Source: Desulfotalea psychrophila LSv54
Lineage (GTDB): Bacteria > Desulfobacterota > Desulfobulbia > Desulfobulbales > Desulfocapsaceae
NCBI RefSeq assembly: GCF_000025945.1
Contig: NC_006138.1
Location: 3,420,001 to 3,452,000 of the forward strand
Direction of reading: 5' to 3'
DNA length: 32,000 nt
Made by a program: the position numbers and the translations under genes. Below the pieces are notes generated by a model, which did not search any database, was not told the origin of the DNA, and worked only from the letters and a program-made list of their open reading frames with translations. Shown piece after piece: positions 1-10,372 of this stretch (position 1 is its first letter; every line of letters begins with the position of its first letter).

Positions 1-374
1 AAGAGAGAGGGTGAAGGGGACAAAAGAAAAGATAGCAAAAGAGAAAGGGAATCAGACAAGCAAAAGAGGCATTGAAAAGCAGAGACAGAAAAAATCAGAG
101 CAGATACAAAAAGAGTTAGATAAGGGCTCTGAGCAGGGCCAAGAGTCCCGGCAGGAAAGAAAAAAATGGTGGAATTTTCTTGATAACTAAGACCTGCAGG
201 CGGGGCTGAAAAATAGCCTCCTGGCAAAACGAGCCCTCCCCCGTCTACCGCCATGGCTTCAGCTGGCACAGGTGCATTGCCAGCCCTCTCCTACCAGGCT
301 TGACAGATTCATTCTGCTAGGATAAGTCTAGTTAGATCTGCATTTATAGAAACTTTTTAATGAGGAGATTGGCC

Positions 375-557
375 ATGGCAATATGCACAAACTGCCCCTT
401 TCGGGCACAATATAAGCGGCGTCCAAACTCTTTGCTGGGCAGGCTGTGGCGCTGGCATGCAGGTTGGTGTCCCGGCTGGAACGCATATATGAAATCTCTT
501 CCTCAGGAGGAGAGGGCGGATCTGGCGAAAAGATATCAGCTGAAACGTTTTCTCTAA
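375..557 (+). CDS. small Cys/Trp-motif protein (CTNCPFR ... WHAGWCPGW), function unknown
   Basis: 60 aa ORF from the internal ATG at 375, with CxxC, WHxxWCPGW and a basic C-terminus. The motif content looks non-random, but no homology search was done. Confidence 0.4.
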   Translation: MAICTNCPFRAQYKRRPNSLLGRLWRWHAGWCPGWNAYMKSLPQEERADLAKRYQLKRFL

Positions 558-834
558 GATGACCCCAAAGCAAGACCTCGACAAAGAACAAACAAGCCAC
601 CCCCAAAAGGGTGGCTTACCCCTCCTGCAACCGACCAGCGGAATACTCCTTCCCCTAAATAAAAATTACTCAACCTCTCCTTTAATAAGCCCCAAGGAAC
701 TATCTCTGAATTAAGCCATTTTGTTTAATGACAAATCAGGGCCATAGTGCTTCATTAGAGGCGGCAGTAAAAAGAGCAATTTACTCGGAGTCTCGCTAGA
801 AACTATTTTATTAACGACACAGAAAAAGTGAAAA

Positions 835-2487
835 ATGAATTTTTTATCCAAAGATGCCTCGCTACAAGAGTCAATTACAAAAATGAAGGCTGTTTTAGCA
901 GATGCCGGATGTGAAACTACTTTCTCCCAGGAAAAGCATCCCCTGCAGCACTGTTATTCGGTAAACCTCACCTCAACTGAAGCACCAGAGCATATCTATG
1001 CCAATGGTAAGGGAATTCTGTCAGAGGCATCCATGGCCAGTGCCCTGGGTGAATATATTGAACGACTCCAAACCAATAACTTTTTCACTGATTTCCACCT
1101 GCCAAACCGTTCATATTTCCCTGATCAGGTCGCCTTTGAATTTGGTGGGCCTTACCTCAACGACGAACTCCGCCTGATCTATAATCCAACCGGAGAGCTT
1201 GAGGATGAAGACCTTGTTGATTACAACAGTGATCAGGAGGAGAGGATCATTGCCCTGCCCTTTGCCAAAAAATCAAATGGTGAGACTGTCCATTTTCCTC
1301 TGAATGTCCTGGCTAATCTTTATGTCAGCAATGGCCTGGCCTCCGGCAATACCCCTCAGGAAGCACAGGTACAGGCGCTCAGTGAGATTTTTGAGCGCCA
1401 TGCAAAAATAGAGATCATCAAAAATGGCTATGCCCTGCCCAAGATCCCCGACGAGACAGTCCAAGCCCTGCCACGACTGCAGAGTGATGTTCTGGCACTG
1501 CGGAAACTGGGCTACATCATCGAGGTACTTGATGCCTCACTAGGGGGACAGTTCCCCGTCACCGCCATCTCTTTGATCAACCCCAAAAACGCCTCCCTCT
1601 TTGTCTCCTTTGGCGCTCACCCCATCCTGGAGGTGGCGCTGGAGCGAACCATGACAGAGTTGATGCAGGGTCGGGAATTGGATAATCTGGATGCCTTTGA
1701 AGTGCCCACCTTTGACATGAATCTTGTCTCGGACAGTTTTAACCTTGAATCTCACTTTGTTGACTCAAATGGAAAAATAGGCTTTGGCTTTTTACGTTCC
1801 ACCAAGAGTTTTTCCTACACCCCTTGGGACTATAAAGGGGAGGGCTGTGAGGCAGAGCTGAAATATCTCACTGCCATCCTGGATAAGATGGGTAAAGAGA
1901 TCTATCTACGAGAGTACAGCTACCTTGACTTTTACTCCTGCCAGATAATCGTCCCTGAAATATCTGAGGTCTACCCCATAGATGACCTCCTCTACAATAA
2001 CAAAAACAGAGGCAAGTGGATTCGGGATATGGTACTGGATTTTGCCAACTATGATCCTGAGAATATCCTGGAGACCATTGACGAGCTAGATGATTTCATC
2101 AATGTCGAAACGTACATCGGGGTTATCTTTGCCAAGAACTTCACCATGCTTGAATTCAGGGCCCAGATACAGCTCATCCGTGGTAATAGAGAAGATGCCC
2201 TGCCAGCCCTGGAAGCAGGGACGAATAAGCTCGGTCATATCGTCGCAGAGCTGATTCGCATGGAAGAGGACAATTTACCCTGGTCTGAGTATAAAGAGGC
2301 GCTCTTTAATATCTTTGGCAGAGAAAACGTCGAAAAAGCCAGAGACATCTTAGAGGGAAAAGAGTACCTGATAAGCACAAAACTTCATAATAACTATGAC
2401 AGTATGTTAAAAATGTACGACAGATTAGAGCTGAAAAAACAGGCTGCCGCCATGGGTCTCAAAGAAGAGACAGGCAAAAAAATGTAA
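835..2487 (+). CDS. ycaO: YcaO-domain protein (YcaO, ribosomal protein S12 methylthiotransferase accessory factor type)
   Basis: 550 aa ORF with GKGILSEASMASALGEYIERLQ, ALSEIFERHAKIEIIK, FGAHPILEVALERTMTELMQGR and an E. coli YcaO-like C-terminal region. Confidence 0.88.
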   Translation: MNFLSKDASLQESITKMKAVLADAGCETTFSQEKHPLQHCYSVNLTSTEAPEHIYANGKGILSEASMASALGEYIERLQTNNFFTDFHLPNRSYFPDQVAFEFGGPYLNDELRLIYNPTGELEDEDLVDYNSDQEERIIALPFAKKSNGETVHFPLNVLANLYVSNGLASGNTPQEAQVQALSEIFERHAKIEIIKNGYALPKIPDETVQALPRLQSDVLALRKLGYIIEVLDASLGGQFPVTAISLINPKNASLFVSFGAHPILEVALERTMTELMQGRELDNLDAFEVPTFDMNLVSDSFNLESHFVDSNGKIGFGFLRSTKSFSYTPWDYKGEGCEAELKYLTAILDKMGKEIYLREYSYLDFYSCQIIVPEISEVYPIDDLLYNNKNRGKWIRDMVLDFANYDPENILETIDELDDFINVETYIGVIFAKNFTMLEFRAQIQLIRGNREDALPALEAGTNKLGHIVAELIRMEEDNLPWSEYKEALFNIFGRENVEKARDILEGKEYLISTKLHNNYDSMLKMYDRLELKKQAAAMGLKEETGKKM

Positions 2488-2563
2488 GATGGCTACCTCA
2501 TTGACTAACCGTTTCGAATGGGCTCAACTCAGAAATGAGCACCCAGGAAAATGCTGAACCAAA

Positions 2564-3271
2564 TTGGACAATATGATTAAAGAGCAACGACCGAGTAAAA
2601 AGCATCAGCCAAGAGGACTGCCAATCCTCCACGAAGATAAAGATATCATCGTAGTGGTGAAACCAACGGGACTACTGACCATCGGCACCGATCGGGAAAA
2701 ATCGAGAACGGCCCACTATCTGCTCAATGATTATGTGCGCAAGGGTAATCCTAAATCAAGCAACAGGGTGTATGTAGTCCACCGTCTGGATCAAGACACC
2801 TCTGGGCTACTTATCTTTGCCAAAAGTGAAGAGGCTAAAAAATTCCTGCAGAAGGATTGGGAGAATACCGAAAAACACTACCTCGCCATCGTTTGCGGAA
2901 AGTTAAAAGAAAAAGAGGGCACAATTTCATCTTATCTAACCGAAAACAAGGCATATAAGGTCTACTCAACCCCGGATTCCACCAAGGGTAAGCTCTCCAA
3001 GACAGCCTATAAGGTAATAAAAGAGGGAAAGGAAGTTAGCCTGATCGATATTCATCTGCTCACCGGACGCAAACATCAGATCCGCGTCCACTTCGCGGAA
3101 AATGGACATCCCGTTGCCGGGGATAAGAAATACGGGACCGGGACCAGTGGTTTAAAACGGCTTGCCCTGCATGCCCGTTCAATCTCCTTCACCCATCCCT
3201 ACAGCCACAAAATAATGACCTTTGACACAGGATTACCGGAGGATTTCACCCGACTCCTGCGTAAGCTTTAA
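2564..3271 (+). CDS. RluA-family pseudouridine synthase
   Basis: VHRLDQDTSGLLIFAKSEEAKKFLQ (catalytic HRLDxxTSG), LLTGRKHQIRVHFAENGHPVAGDKKYG. Confidence 0.87.
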   Translation: MDNMIKEQRPSKKHQPRGLPILHEDKDIIVVVKPTGLLTIGTDREKSRTAHYLLNDYVRKGNPKSSNRVYVVHRLDQDTSGLLIFAKSEEAKKFLQKDWENTEKHYLAIVCGKLKEKEGTISSYLTENKAYKVYSTPDSTKGKLSKTAYKVIKEGKEVSLIDIHLLTGRKHQIRVHFAENGHPVAGDKKYGTGTSGLKRLALHARSISFTHPYSHKIMTFDTGLPEDFTRLLRKL

Positions 3272-3312
3272 AAGAGAGAGGCGCCCCTGAATAAGGGGCC
3301 CTCCCTCTCTTT
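3272..3312 (+). terminator. intrinsic terminator-like hairpin after the pseudouridine synthase gene
   Basis: agagagaggcgCCCCTgaataAGGGGccctccctctcttt immediately after the stop codon. Confidence 0.5.
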
Positions 3313-3748
3313 GCACCGCGGCCATCCAATTCCAATTGGATGGCCTTCCCTCATCCCAACCCTGCCAATAAATTTCAAAAGCCAAAGCTATAATCTATTG
3401 CCCCTCTCCCAAACAATTAATAGCTGTCCTTTTTTCATTGCACCAGACAGACGACACCATTACATTGTTATTAACAAAAAGAGATGAGATAATTCACCTG
3501 TCAGCATAGATGACAGCGGGCTCGCCCTCAGCCTATCGGAAAAACATGGGAATCACCAGTTTTTCTTTGTCTTCTATATCGCAATAGGTGGAAATTAGAT
3601 CTGCTTATCCTAAACACCTGCCGGGCTAAAATGCCAGAAGCAGAAAAGAAACGCTCTGTTATTCAGGCAAGGTATGGGAAGAAACGATCTTATCTCTCTA
3701 CTTTTAAGACAATATGTAATGCTAAAGTTTAAACAGAGGTTACAAGGT

Positions 3749-4696
3749 ATGGATGCAACAAGAGTATTTGGCCCGGTGCCATCAAGACGACTAGGCAAGA
3801 GTGTCGGTGTAAACAATATCCCACCCAAAATATGCAGTTATTCCTGTGTATACTGCCAATTGGGTATATCGCTAAAAATGGTAGGTGACAGACAGAATTA
3901 TTATGATCCAAATGATCTGCTGCTAGAGGTAAAGGAGAAGGTCGCAAACGCCAAGGCCAATAATGAAGCTATTGATTATCTGACAATTGTAGCCGATGGT
4001 GAACCTACCCTGGATAATAATCTGGGATTATTAATTGATCTGCTCAAACCACTGGGATATAAGATTGCAGTAATTAGCAACTCAACACTGCTCGATAATG
4101 TTCAGGTCAGGAAAGATCTGGCTAAGGCTGACTGGGTTTCTGTTAAGGTTGATACTCTCGATGAAAAAATTTGGCGAAAAATAGACAGACCTCACAAGAA
4201 AATATCATTTTCGGCAATGCTGGATGGTATCAGAGCCTTTGCCCAAGAGTACAAGGGAAAGCTTGTCACTGAGACAATGCTGGTAAAAGATCTCAACTGC
4301 GATACAGAAGAGGTTGCTCAATTTATCTGTGAGCTTAAGCCGGCAATATCCTATTTGAGTATCCCTACCAGACCACCGGCAATGACATGGGTAAAGGCCC
4401 CCGATGAGCAGGAGATCAACAGGGCTTACCAGACCTTCAAAAACCACGGTCTGAACAGCGAATACCTTATTGGCTACGAGGGAGACGAATTTGCCTACAC
4501 CGGTAATGTAGAGGATGACCTCCTGAGCATCACCTCTGTCCATCCTATGCGTGAAGAGGCAATTGAAAAATATCTACTCAAGGCGGGTAGCGACTTTTCT
4601 GTCATTGAAAAAATGTTAGCTGAAGAGAAGATTATTGTCTCAGAGTATAACGACGAACGTTTTTACCTCAGAAAACTCACCCTGGAAAACAAATAA
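3749..4696 (+). CDS. radical SAM protein (TYW1/wyosine-like family)
   Basis: FGPVPSRRLGKSVGVNNIPPKICSYSCVYCQLG contains CxxxCxxC, followed by VADGEPTLDNNLG and VKVDTLDEKIWRKIDRPH. The start was chosen at the internal ATG 3749. Confidence 0.8.
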   Translation: MDATRVFGPVPSRRLGKSVGVNNIPPKICSYSCVYCQLGISLKMVGDRQNYYDPNDLLLEVKEKVANAKANNEAIDYLTIVADGEPTLDNNLGLLIDLLKPLGYKIAVISNSTLLDNVQVRKDLAKADWVSVKVDTLDEKIWRKIDRPHKKISFSAMLDGIRAFAQEYKGKLVTETMLVKDLNCDTEEVAQFICELKPAISYLSIPTRPPAMTWVKAPDEQEINRAYQTFKNHGLNSEYLIGYEGDEFAYTGNVEDDLLSITSVHPMREEAIEKYLLKAGSDFSVIEKMLAEEKIIVSEYNDERFYLRKLTLENK

Positions 4697-4883
4697 CAGG
4701 GTTGCCCTTCTATTTTGTAGAGATAAATAGAGGGGCAAGTCAATCAGACAGGATATCTACGCCCAGCCCAAAAGTTCTCCATAATCAAGCCATGCCTATT
4801 GGCAGAATGGGGCTGGTCTAAGAATATCCTGCCGGACCATCTCTTGCGCCTACTGCTAAGGGATGGCGATTATCAGAACAAAA

Positions 4884-4919
4884 AAAGGCTCCAGAATGCA
4901 AGCATCCTGGAGCCTTTAT
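4884..4919 (-). terminator. intrinsic terminator for the islAB-like transcript
   Basis: aaaaaaGGCTCCAGaatgcaagcatCCTGGAGCCtttata. The A-run on the left gives a U-tract on the - strand, just downstream of the activase stop. Confidence 0.6.
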
Positions 4920-4978
4920 AAATACATTACCTGTTATTTAAGAAGCCGAAGATCCCTTACAGCAATCTTCCCAGCAGG

Positions 4979-5917
4979 CTATTTAAAATTTCTTTCCTTG
5001 TAAGCATCGGCAATCAGCTTCAGCTTATCAAAAAGAGCAGGCTCAAGCGTCGCATCTACCAACTCGTAATCACGACCAATATAACCATACTTTGGCTGGC
5101 CCATACGATGATACTCAAGTACCTCGTACTCTACAGGATCTCCGGGAAGGCTTTCCAAAAATTCAACAATTGCCTTAATATCTTCTTCAGTATCATTAAA
5201 GCCTGGAATAATTGGAGTTCGAGCACGAATAGGAACGCTTGGCGCCATTTCACGAATTTTTCGTAAATTTTCCAACGGGAGCTTATTGGACACACCAGTA
5301 AACTCTTTATGCTTCTCTTCGTTAAGACTCTTTACATCAAACATAATGGTATTGAGATAGGGAACACAGGCCTCAATATTTTCCCATTTAGCAGCGCCAC
5401 AGGTCTCAACGGCAGTCTTTATACGTCTGTGACGAGCTTCTCGCAACAGGGCAAGGGCAAACTCTGCTTGAGCAAAAGGTTCTCCTCCAGAGAGTGTCAT
5501 GCCACCGCCTGAACGAGCATAGAAGATAGCGTCTTCTTCAACACGATCAACTACTTTCTTAACAGTCATCTCTTCACCGTACATGTTCAGGGCACCAGAA
5601 GGACAGGCATCGGCGTAAGCTTGCTCATTGCTAACAAATTCACGACGCAATACAACCTTACCGTCTGCTCCCTCGGCAATTGCACCGTCGGTACATACCT
5701 CAGTACAACGAACACATTTATCAAGTCCTAAACATTTACTGGGGTTATAGGCCAACTCTGGCTTATGTTTTTGCGATTCAGGATTACAGCACCACTTACA
5801 ATGCAATGGACATCCCTTTAAAAATGCAACAGTGCGGATGCCCGGGCCATCGTGAACGGAATATTTTTGAACGTTAAAAACAACGCCCTTTATTTTATTA
5901 TCTAAAAGTGAACTCAT
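4979..5917 (-). CDS. islB: glycyl-radical enzyme activating enzyme (radical SAM), cognate to the adjacent GRE; isethionate sulfite-lyase activase
   Basis: VFNVQKYSVHDGPGIRTVAFLKGCPLHCKWCCNPESQ (radical SAM CxxxCxxC), ferredoxin-like insert CLGLDKCVRCTEVCTDGAIA...CPSGAL, GGGMTLSGGEPFAQ. Adjacent to the GRE gene. Start taken at MSSLLDNK (5917). Confidence 0.88.
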   Translation of the reverse strand: MSSLLDNKIKGVVFNVQKYSVHDGPGIRTVAFLKGCPLHCKWCCNPESQKHKPELAYNPSKCLGLDKCVRCTEVCTDGAIAEGADGKVVLRREFVSNEQAYADACPSGALNMYGEEMTVKKVVDRVEEDAIFYARSGGGMTLSGGEPFAQAEFALALLREARHRRIKTAVETCGAAKWENIEACVPYLNTIMFDVKSLNEEKHKEFTGVSNKLPLENLRKIREMAPSVPIRARTPIIPGFNDTEEDIKAIVEFLESLPGDPVEYEVLEYHRMGQPKYGYIGRDYELVDATLEPALFDKLKLIADAYKERNFK

Positions 5918-6027
5918 GATGCTTACCCGGCCCCTTATATAAATTAATATACTACAAGCAAATATGGAGATGATCCGGGGACCATCTCCATACCATAGCA
6001 CATGCTACAAACTACTTGCTACGAAAC

Positions 6028-8514
6028 CTACATATTTTCGTGAGCGGTACGTCTGATCAGATCGTTCTGAAGATCTTTAGAGAGATCACAGAAGTAAGCA
6101 GAATATCCTGCAATACGAACGATCAGGGTACGATATGCTTCTGGATTCTCTTGAGCAAGTCTCAAGGTCTCAGCGTTAACAACGTTGAACTGAATGTGCC
6201 ACAAACGAAGATCACAGAAGGTACGAATGAAATGTACCAACTTCTGAGTTCCTTCCTCACCTTGAACACACTTAGGTGTGAACTTGATGTTCACAAGACG
6301 AGCTGCACGCTCACGGTGGTTGAAGTTTTTAGAGGTGTAGTTAGAGAGAAGAACCGCAGTAGGTCCGTTCTTATCAGCACCGTGAGAAGCAGAAGAACCA
6401 TCGGAAAGAGAGGTTCCTGCATAACGTCCGTTAGGAGTTGCACATACCACTTTACCAAAAGGTACGTGGGAGGTGAATGGTACATAACGAAGATCAAGGA
6501 ATACGCCAAGCTCACGCTGATACTTCTCAGCATAACCTACACAGAGCTGATCAAGATCACGAGCAATTGAATCTGCATATGGATCGTTATTACCGAAACA
6601 TGGAGCAGTCATCATAAGGGCACGGAGATCTTCCTGGCCTTCGAAGTTGTTCTTCATAGCTTCAAGAACTTCAGTCATGGTGACTTTCTTCTCTTCGAAT
6701 ACGAACTTCTTGATTGCGCTCATTGAGTCAACAAGAGTACCAACACCCATGAACTCAAAGTAACCAAGGTCAATTCCCTCAGGAATATATGGTTGGTGAA
6801 TATCAATGCAATGCTTCATGGCAAGATCATGAAGCGCAGAACCCATAGGTGCAGCAAAATGACGAGCACGGGTCTTGATTACATAGTACTGCTGTTCGAA
6901 AGCAATCTTAAGGAAGTTGATGTGCTGAGCTTTGTAAGCATTCCAGAACTCTTCCCAGGTCTCCATCTTGGTTACATCACCAGTCTCGATGGAAAGTTGA
7001 GCATCACCGAACTTAAGCATTTTACCGTTGAAGAATACAGACTCAAGGGCAGCTACAAAGTTGATGTAACAACCACCAGCTGTGTAGGTATCACGGTTTG
7101 GCATACGAATCTCAGCACAACCAGATACTGAATAGTCGTAAATCTCTTCGAACTTAGCACCTTTTGCAAGGTGAAGTGGAATTACTTCCTCATCATTGAT
7201 CAGTTTAGGGAAACCAGAACCTTCTTTAATGGTCTCTGCAACTTCTGCAAGGAAACGCTCAGGAGCACGAGCGTGAATACGAGCAGCAAGATCAGGGTAG
7301 TGATGAGGGAACTCACGCTTAGAACGAAGGAAGAGATAAGTCAACTCGTTGGTTGCATCAAGACCATCTGGGGTCTGACCACCGATGGTTACTGCTTCCC
7401 AATGAGCATAGCCTTCGTTGAAAGCACCACCGGTAGGGGAGATATAGAGATCGATATACTGAGCCATACCTACATACATAAGCTCAACGTACTCAATAGC
7501 CTGGTCATCGGTGAGAATACCAGCTTCAATATCTTGCTTGTAGAATGGATAGAGGTACTGATCCATACGACCGTTGGAGATAATGGTACCAGTTTTCTGC
7601 TCAAGACGAGAGAACATCTGAGTGAACCACTGAGATTGACATGCTTCGTAGAAGGTACGAGCTGGATGCTCAGGTACGTGGTTACATACCTCAGCCATCT
7701 TGAGAAGTTCTGCCTTACGAACAGGATCAGCACATTTCTCTGCAAGTTCCATGGCAAGTGCAGCGTGACGCTTAGCCCAAACAATAACAGCTTCACATAC
7801 GAGAATAGCTGCCTGAAGGAAAGGCTTCTTGTCTACGTTGTCACCAGGAGAGAGAGGGTCAAGAGCTTCAAGCTGAACTGTAAACTCGTCACGAAGTCCA
7901 CCGAAACCACGCTTCAATACTTTATCGAAGTCATGTACCCACTGATTAGAAGAACGAAAAGAAGCGGTCTCGTTTACGATGAAACGTGAAACCATTCCAT
8001 CTGGATCATCATAGGTAAGTGCGTGTACGTCTGCTGGAAGGGTTTTAGCAAGAGTCTCGTGATAAGTCTTACCTTTCCAGTAAGGAGCAATCTCTTTAAC
8101 AACGATATCTGCATCTGCTTGAGAGATGGAGAAAGGAGAGTTGTCACGGGTAGGAAGATCAACTACCGCAGTATCAAGAAAGTCACCATCAAGCTCTGGG
8201 TAGAGAACACCATAACGTCCCTGGTATCCGATACGACCGGCAAGAAGCTGATCGTCATCGATGTATACAGTCATGTTCTCTGCACACTTCATAAGAGATT
8301 TTGCCCAACGAAGGTTAAGATGCTGACCTTCTGTCTCTTGCATACCTTGGGTGAAATAAAGAGCACGCTCTATATCAATTTGTGGCTTAGCAGTTTCAAT
8401 TTTATCAAGGATTTTGAAAACACGCTCGTGGGTTGCACGGAACTTGTTTACTTTTCCTGCGGCCTTGTCCATGATCATTTGCTCATGTGGAGAGCGACAA
8501 CATTCTACAGACAT
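6028..8514 (-). CDS. islA: glycyl radical enzyme, isethionate sulfite-lyase type
   Basis: Glycyl radical motif [12 protein letters not shown] near the C-terminus (G803) and thiyl Cys motif [14 protein letters not shown] (C466, E468). R187, Q191, W372, R676 and F680 all sit exactly two residues before the isethionate sulfite-lyase active-site residues I recall from the literature (R189, Q193, W374, C468, E470, R678, F682, G805). The neighbouring acetaldehyde dehydrogenase and Pta fit an acetaldehyde product. Confidence 0.85.
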   Translation of the reverse strand: MSVECCRSPHEQMIMDKAAGKVNKFRATHERVFKILDKIETAKPQIDIERALYFTQGMQETEGQHLNLRWAKSLMKCAENMTVYIDDDQLLAGRIGYQGRYGVLYPELDGDFLDTAVVDLPTRDNSPFSISQADADIVVKEIAPYWKGKTYHETLAKTLPADVHALTYDDPDGMVSRFIVNETASFRSSNQWVHDFDKVLKRGFGGLRDEFTVQLEALDPLSPGDNVDKKPFLQAAILVCEAVIVWAKRHAALAMELAEKCADPVRKAELLKMAEVCNHVPEHPARTFYEACQSQWFTQMFSRLEQKTGTIISNGRMDQYLYPFYKQDIEAGILTDDQAIEYVELMYVGMAQYIDLYISPTGGAFNEGYAHWEAVTIGGQTPDGLDATNELTYLFLRSKREFPHHYPDLAARIHARAPERFLAEVAETIKEGSGFPKLINDEEVIPLHLAKGAKFEEIYDYSVSGCAEIRMPNRDTYTAGGCYINFVAALESVFFNGKMLKFGDAQLSIETGDVTKMETWEEFWNAYKAQHINFLKIAFEQQYYVIKTRARHFAAPMGSALHDLAMKHCIDIHQPYIPEGIDLGYFEFMGVGTLVDSMSAIKKFVFEEKKVTMTEVLEAMKNNFEGQEDLRALMMTAPCFGNNDPYADSIARDLDQLCVGYAEKYQRELGVFLDLRYVPFTSHVPFGKVVCATPNGRYAGTSLSDGSSASHGADKNGPTAVLLSNYTSKNFNHRERAARLVNIKFTPKCVQGEEGTQKLVHFIRTFCDLRLWHIQFNVVNAETLRLAQENPEAYRTLIVRIAGYSAYFCDLSKDLQNDLIRRTAHENM

Positions 8515-8584
8515 AATCCAACTCCTTATCTATTTTAATTGGGGTGCTGCACTTTTAGCGATCTAACGCCTTTTCCTTTTATAT

Positions 8585-8600
8585 AGCAACAGGCGTGCCA
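8585..8600 (-). promoter_or_regulatory. sigma54 (-24/-12) promoter of islA
   Basis: The - strand reads TGGCAC-GCCTG-TTGCT, an exact match to TGGCAC-N5-TTGCW, 71 nt upstream of the islA start. Confidence 0.8.
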
Positions 8601-8775
8601 TTTACAAAAAAAAATTCAAGATGCTGAAATAGCGTATAAACACAAAATGAAGAGAGATTTCTCTTCTTATTGATAATGGTTATTATTGCCATGTACTCTT
8701 TGCACGATTGCAACGCCAAGACAAAATATGTCGATAAAATATGCTGATACAGATAGTTAGCCAAAAAAAAGCCAA

Positions 8776-8820
8776 TGTTGCTTTTTTGCAACATGGCACT
8801 TTTGTTGCACAGCTGCACAG
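8776..8820. promoter_or_regulatory. two adjacent copies of a candidate activator-binding dyad (sites A and B)
   Basis: A: TGTTGCttttttGCAACA (8776-8793, perfect palindromic arms). B: TGTTGCacagctGCACAG (8803-8820). A lies 176 bp from the islA sigma54 promoter. Confidence 0.5.
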
Positions 8821-8841
8821 GCCAAGAGAGAAGGGATAATG

Positions 8842-8880
8842 AAAAAAAAGAGGGCCACGGAAAAAAAACCCCGTGGCCCC
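8842..8880 (-). terminator. intrinsic terminator of shell operon copy 1
   Basis: aaaaaaaagagGGCCACGGaaaaaaaaccCCGTGGCCcc, just downstream (on the - strand) of the aldehyde dehydrogenase stop at 8924. Confidence 0.7.
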
Positions 8881-8923
8881 CCTAAACAGCTATGATTCAT
8901 TTATGATAAATCACATATACTTA

Positions 8924-10351
8924 CTATACAATTCTAAAGCTACCTACAAGGGCACAACGACGAAGACGAACAAATGTTGCCGCGTTACTTACACCTTCAC
9001 CGGTTGGAGTAGAGATGGTCATGGAAGTCCAACCCTCACCACCTGCACCAAGTCCGGCAATATGCGGTCCGTTCTTAACAAAGAGACTGGTATTCACAGC
9101 CTTAGCCATTTTCTCCATGTTATGAATATTGGTAGAGTGCATACCAGCAGTGTGACTCAAACCACGCTCAAGCATAAGAGCCCACTCAAGAGCTTGGTCA
9201 AAGTTACGGGCACGAACAACGGGAATAAGTGGCATCATCTGCTCGGTTACAGCGAAAGGATGACGAGCATCGCCTTTCACATCAACGAAGAGAAGTTTAC
9301 ATCCCTTAGGAATGGTGATTCCAGCAAGATCTGCAAGCTTATAAGCATCACGACCAACCCACTTAGGATTAGCACGACACTTATCGGTACCGTAGTCAAG
9401 AAGAACGGTTTTACCGATGGTCTCTGCCTGGGCAAGAGAGATCTCAAATGCGCCGATAGCAGTAAACTCACGTTTGAACTCATCCGCTACAGAATCAACA
9501 ATAATGATCTCTTTTTCATTGGCACAGATCAGGTTGTTATCAAAAGAGGCACCAATATAAATGCTCTCAGCAGCACGAGCAAGATCAGCGGTCTCATCAA
9601 CTACTACAGGAGGATTACCTGCACCAGCTGCGATAAGGCGCTTATCGGTAATCTTACGAGCAGCAGCTACAACAGCCTCGCCACCGGTTACGGTAAGAAG
9701 ATTAATTCCCTCGTAGGTAAAGAGACGTCGGGCCGCATCAAGAGAAGGCTCTTTGATACAGACGAGAAGGTTATGAACACCTGTCTCTTCTACAATAGCC
9801 TTGTTCATCATCTTGATGGTTTCTTGAGTAATACGTTTTGCTGCAGGATGAGGAGCAAAAACAACACTGTTACCACCAGAGATCATGCTGATACCATTAT
9901 TGATAACGGTAGATCCTGGGTTAGTAGAAGGAGTAACAGAGGCAATAACACCCCAAGGAGCATTCTCGATAAGGGTAAAGCCCTCGTCACCGGTAATTGC
10001 TGTAGGCTGAAGAATCTCTGGTCCTGGAGTACGGTTAGCCACAAGCAAGGTCTTAGCAACCTTATCTTCAACATTACCCATACCAGTCTCAGATACAGCC
10101 ATCTCAGAGAGACGACGTGCATTCATGCGAGCAGCGCGACGCATAACATCTACTACACGGTTACGCATAGCAACGGTATCAATAAGCTTGTAAGCCACTT
10201 TGGCTGCCGCTACGGCATCATCAAGCTCATCAAAAACACCCCAATCGCCTGCTGCCGGGGCAGAGGCTACAAGGCTACCATTTTGCGCTTTGCTCAATTG
10301 AGCAAGTACTTCTGATACAATAGACTCAATTTGTGCTTGTCCTATAGACAT
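8924..10351 (-). CDS. CoA-acylating acetaldehyde dehydrogenase (EutE/PduP-like) with N-terminal encapsulation peptide, copy 1
   Basis: MSIGQAQIESIVSEVLAQLSKAQNG (amphipathic EP) plus linker, then GVIASVTPSTNPGSTVINNGISMISGGN and FDNNLICANEKEIIIVDSV. Start aligned to that of copy 2. Confidence 0.88.
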   Translation of the reverse strand: MSIGQAQIESIVSEVLAQLSKAQNGSLVASAPAAGDWGVFDELDDAVAAAKVAYKLIDTVAMRNRVVDVMRRAARMNARRLSEMAVSETGMGNVEDKVAKTLLVANRTPGPEILQPTAITGDEGFTLIENAPWGVIASVTPSTNPGSTVINNGISMISGGNSVVFAPHPAAKRITQETIKMMNKAIVEETGVHNLLVCIKEPSLDAARRLFTYEGINLLTVTGGEAVVAAARKITDKRLIAAGAGNPPVVVDETADLARAAESIYIGASFDNNLICANEKEIIIVDSVADEFKREFTAIGAFEISLAQAETIGKTVLLDYGTDKCRANPKWVGRDAYKLADLAGITIPKGCKLLFVDVKGDARHPFAVTEQMMPLIPVVRARNFDQALEWALMLERGLSHTAGMHSTNIHNMEKMAKAVNTSLFVKNGPHIAGLGAGGEGWTSMTISTPTGEGVSNAATFVRLRRCALVGSFRIV

Positions 10352-10372
10352 CTCTAACTCCACTATCTAATT

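Noticed and set aside
6028-8514. Alternative assignment of the GRE as choline TMA-lyase, diol dehydratase or DHPS-sulfolyase
   Set aside because: The catalytic motif is GCAEIRM rather than the choline-lyase GCVEP, the residue set matches recalled IslA positions with a constant offset, and the neighbouring C2 aldehyde/acetyl-phosphate enzymes fit a C2 product. Formal phylogeny would still be decisive.
6016-8538. + strand ORFs (6016-6570, 6793-7131, 7171-7989, 8023-8538) opposite the GRE gene
   Set aside because: Antisense shadows of a strongly supported 828 aa GRE; no motifs or credible start contexts.
8873-10315. 480 aa + strand ORF antisense to the aldehyde dehydrogenase gene
   Set aside because: Composition is Thr/Ser/Asn-rich shadow translation with no recognisable motifs. 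The homologous antisense frame in copy 2 is broken and shorter (17004-17822), while the - strand protein is fully conserved.
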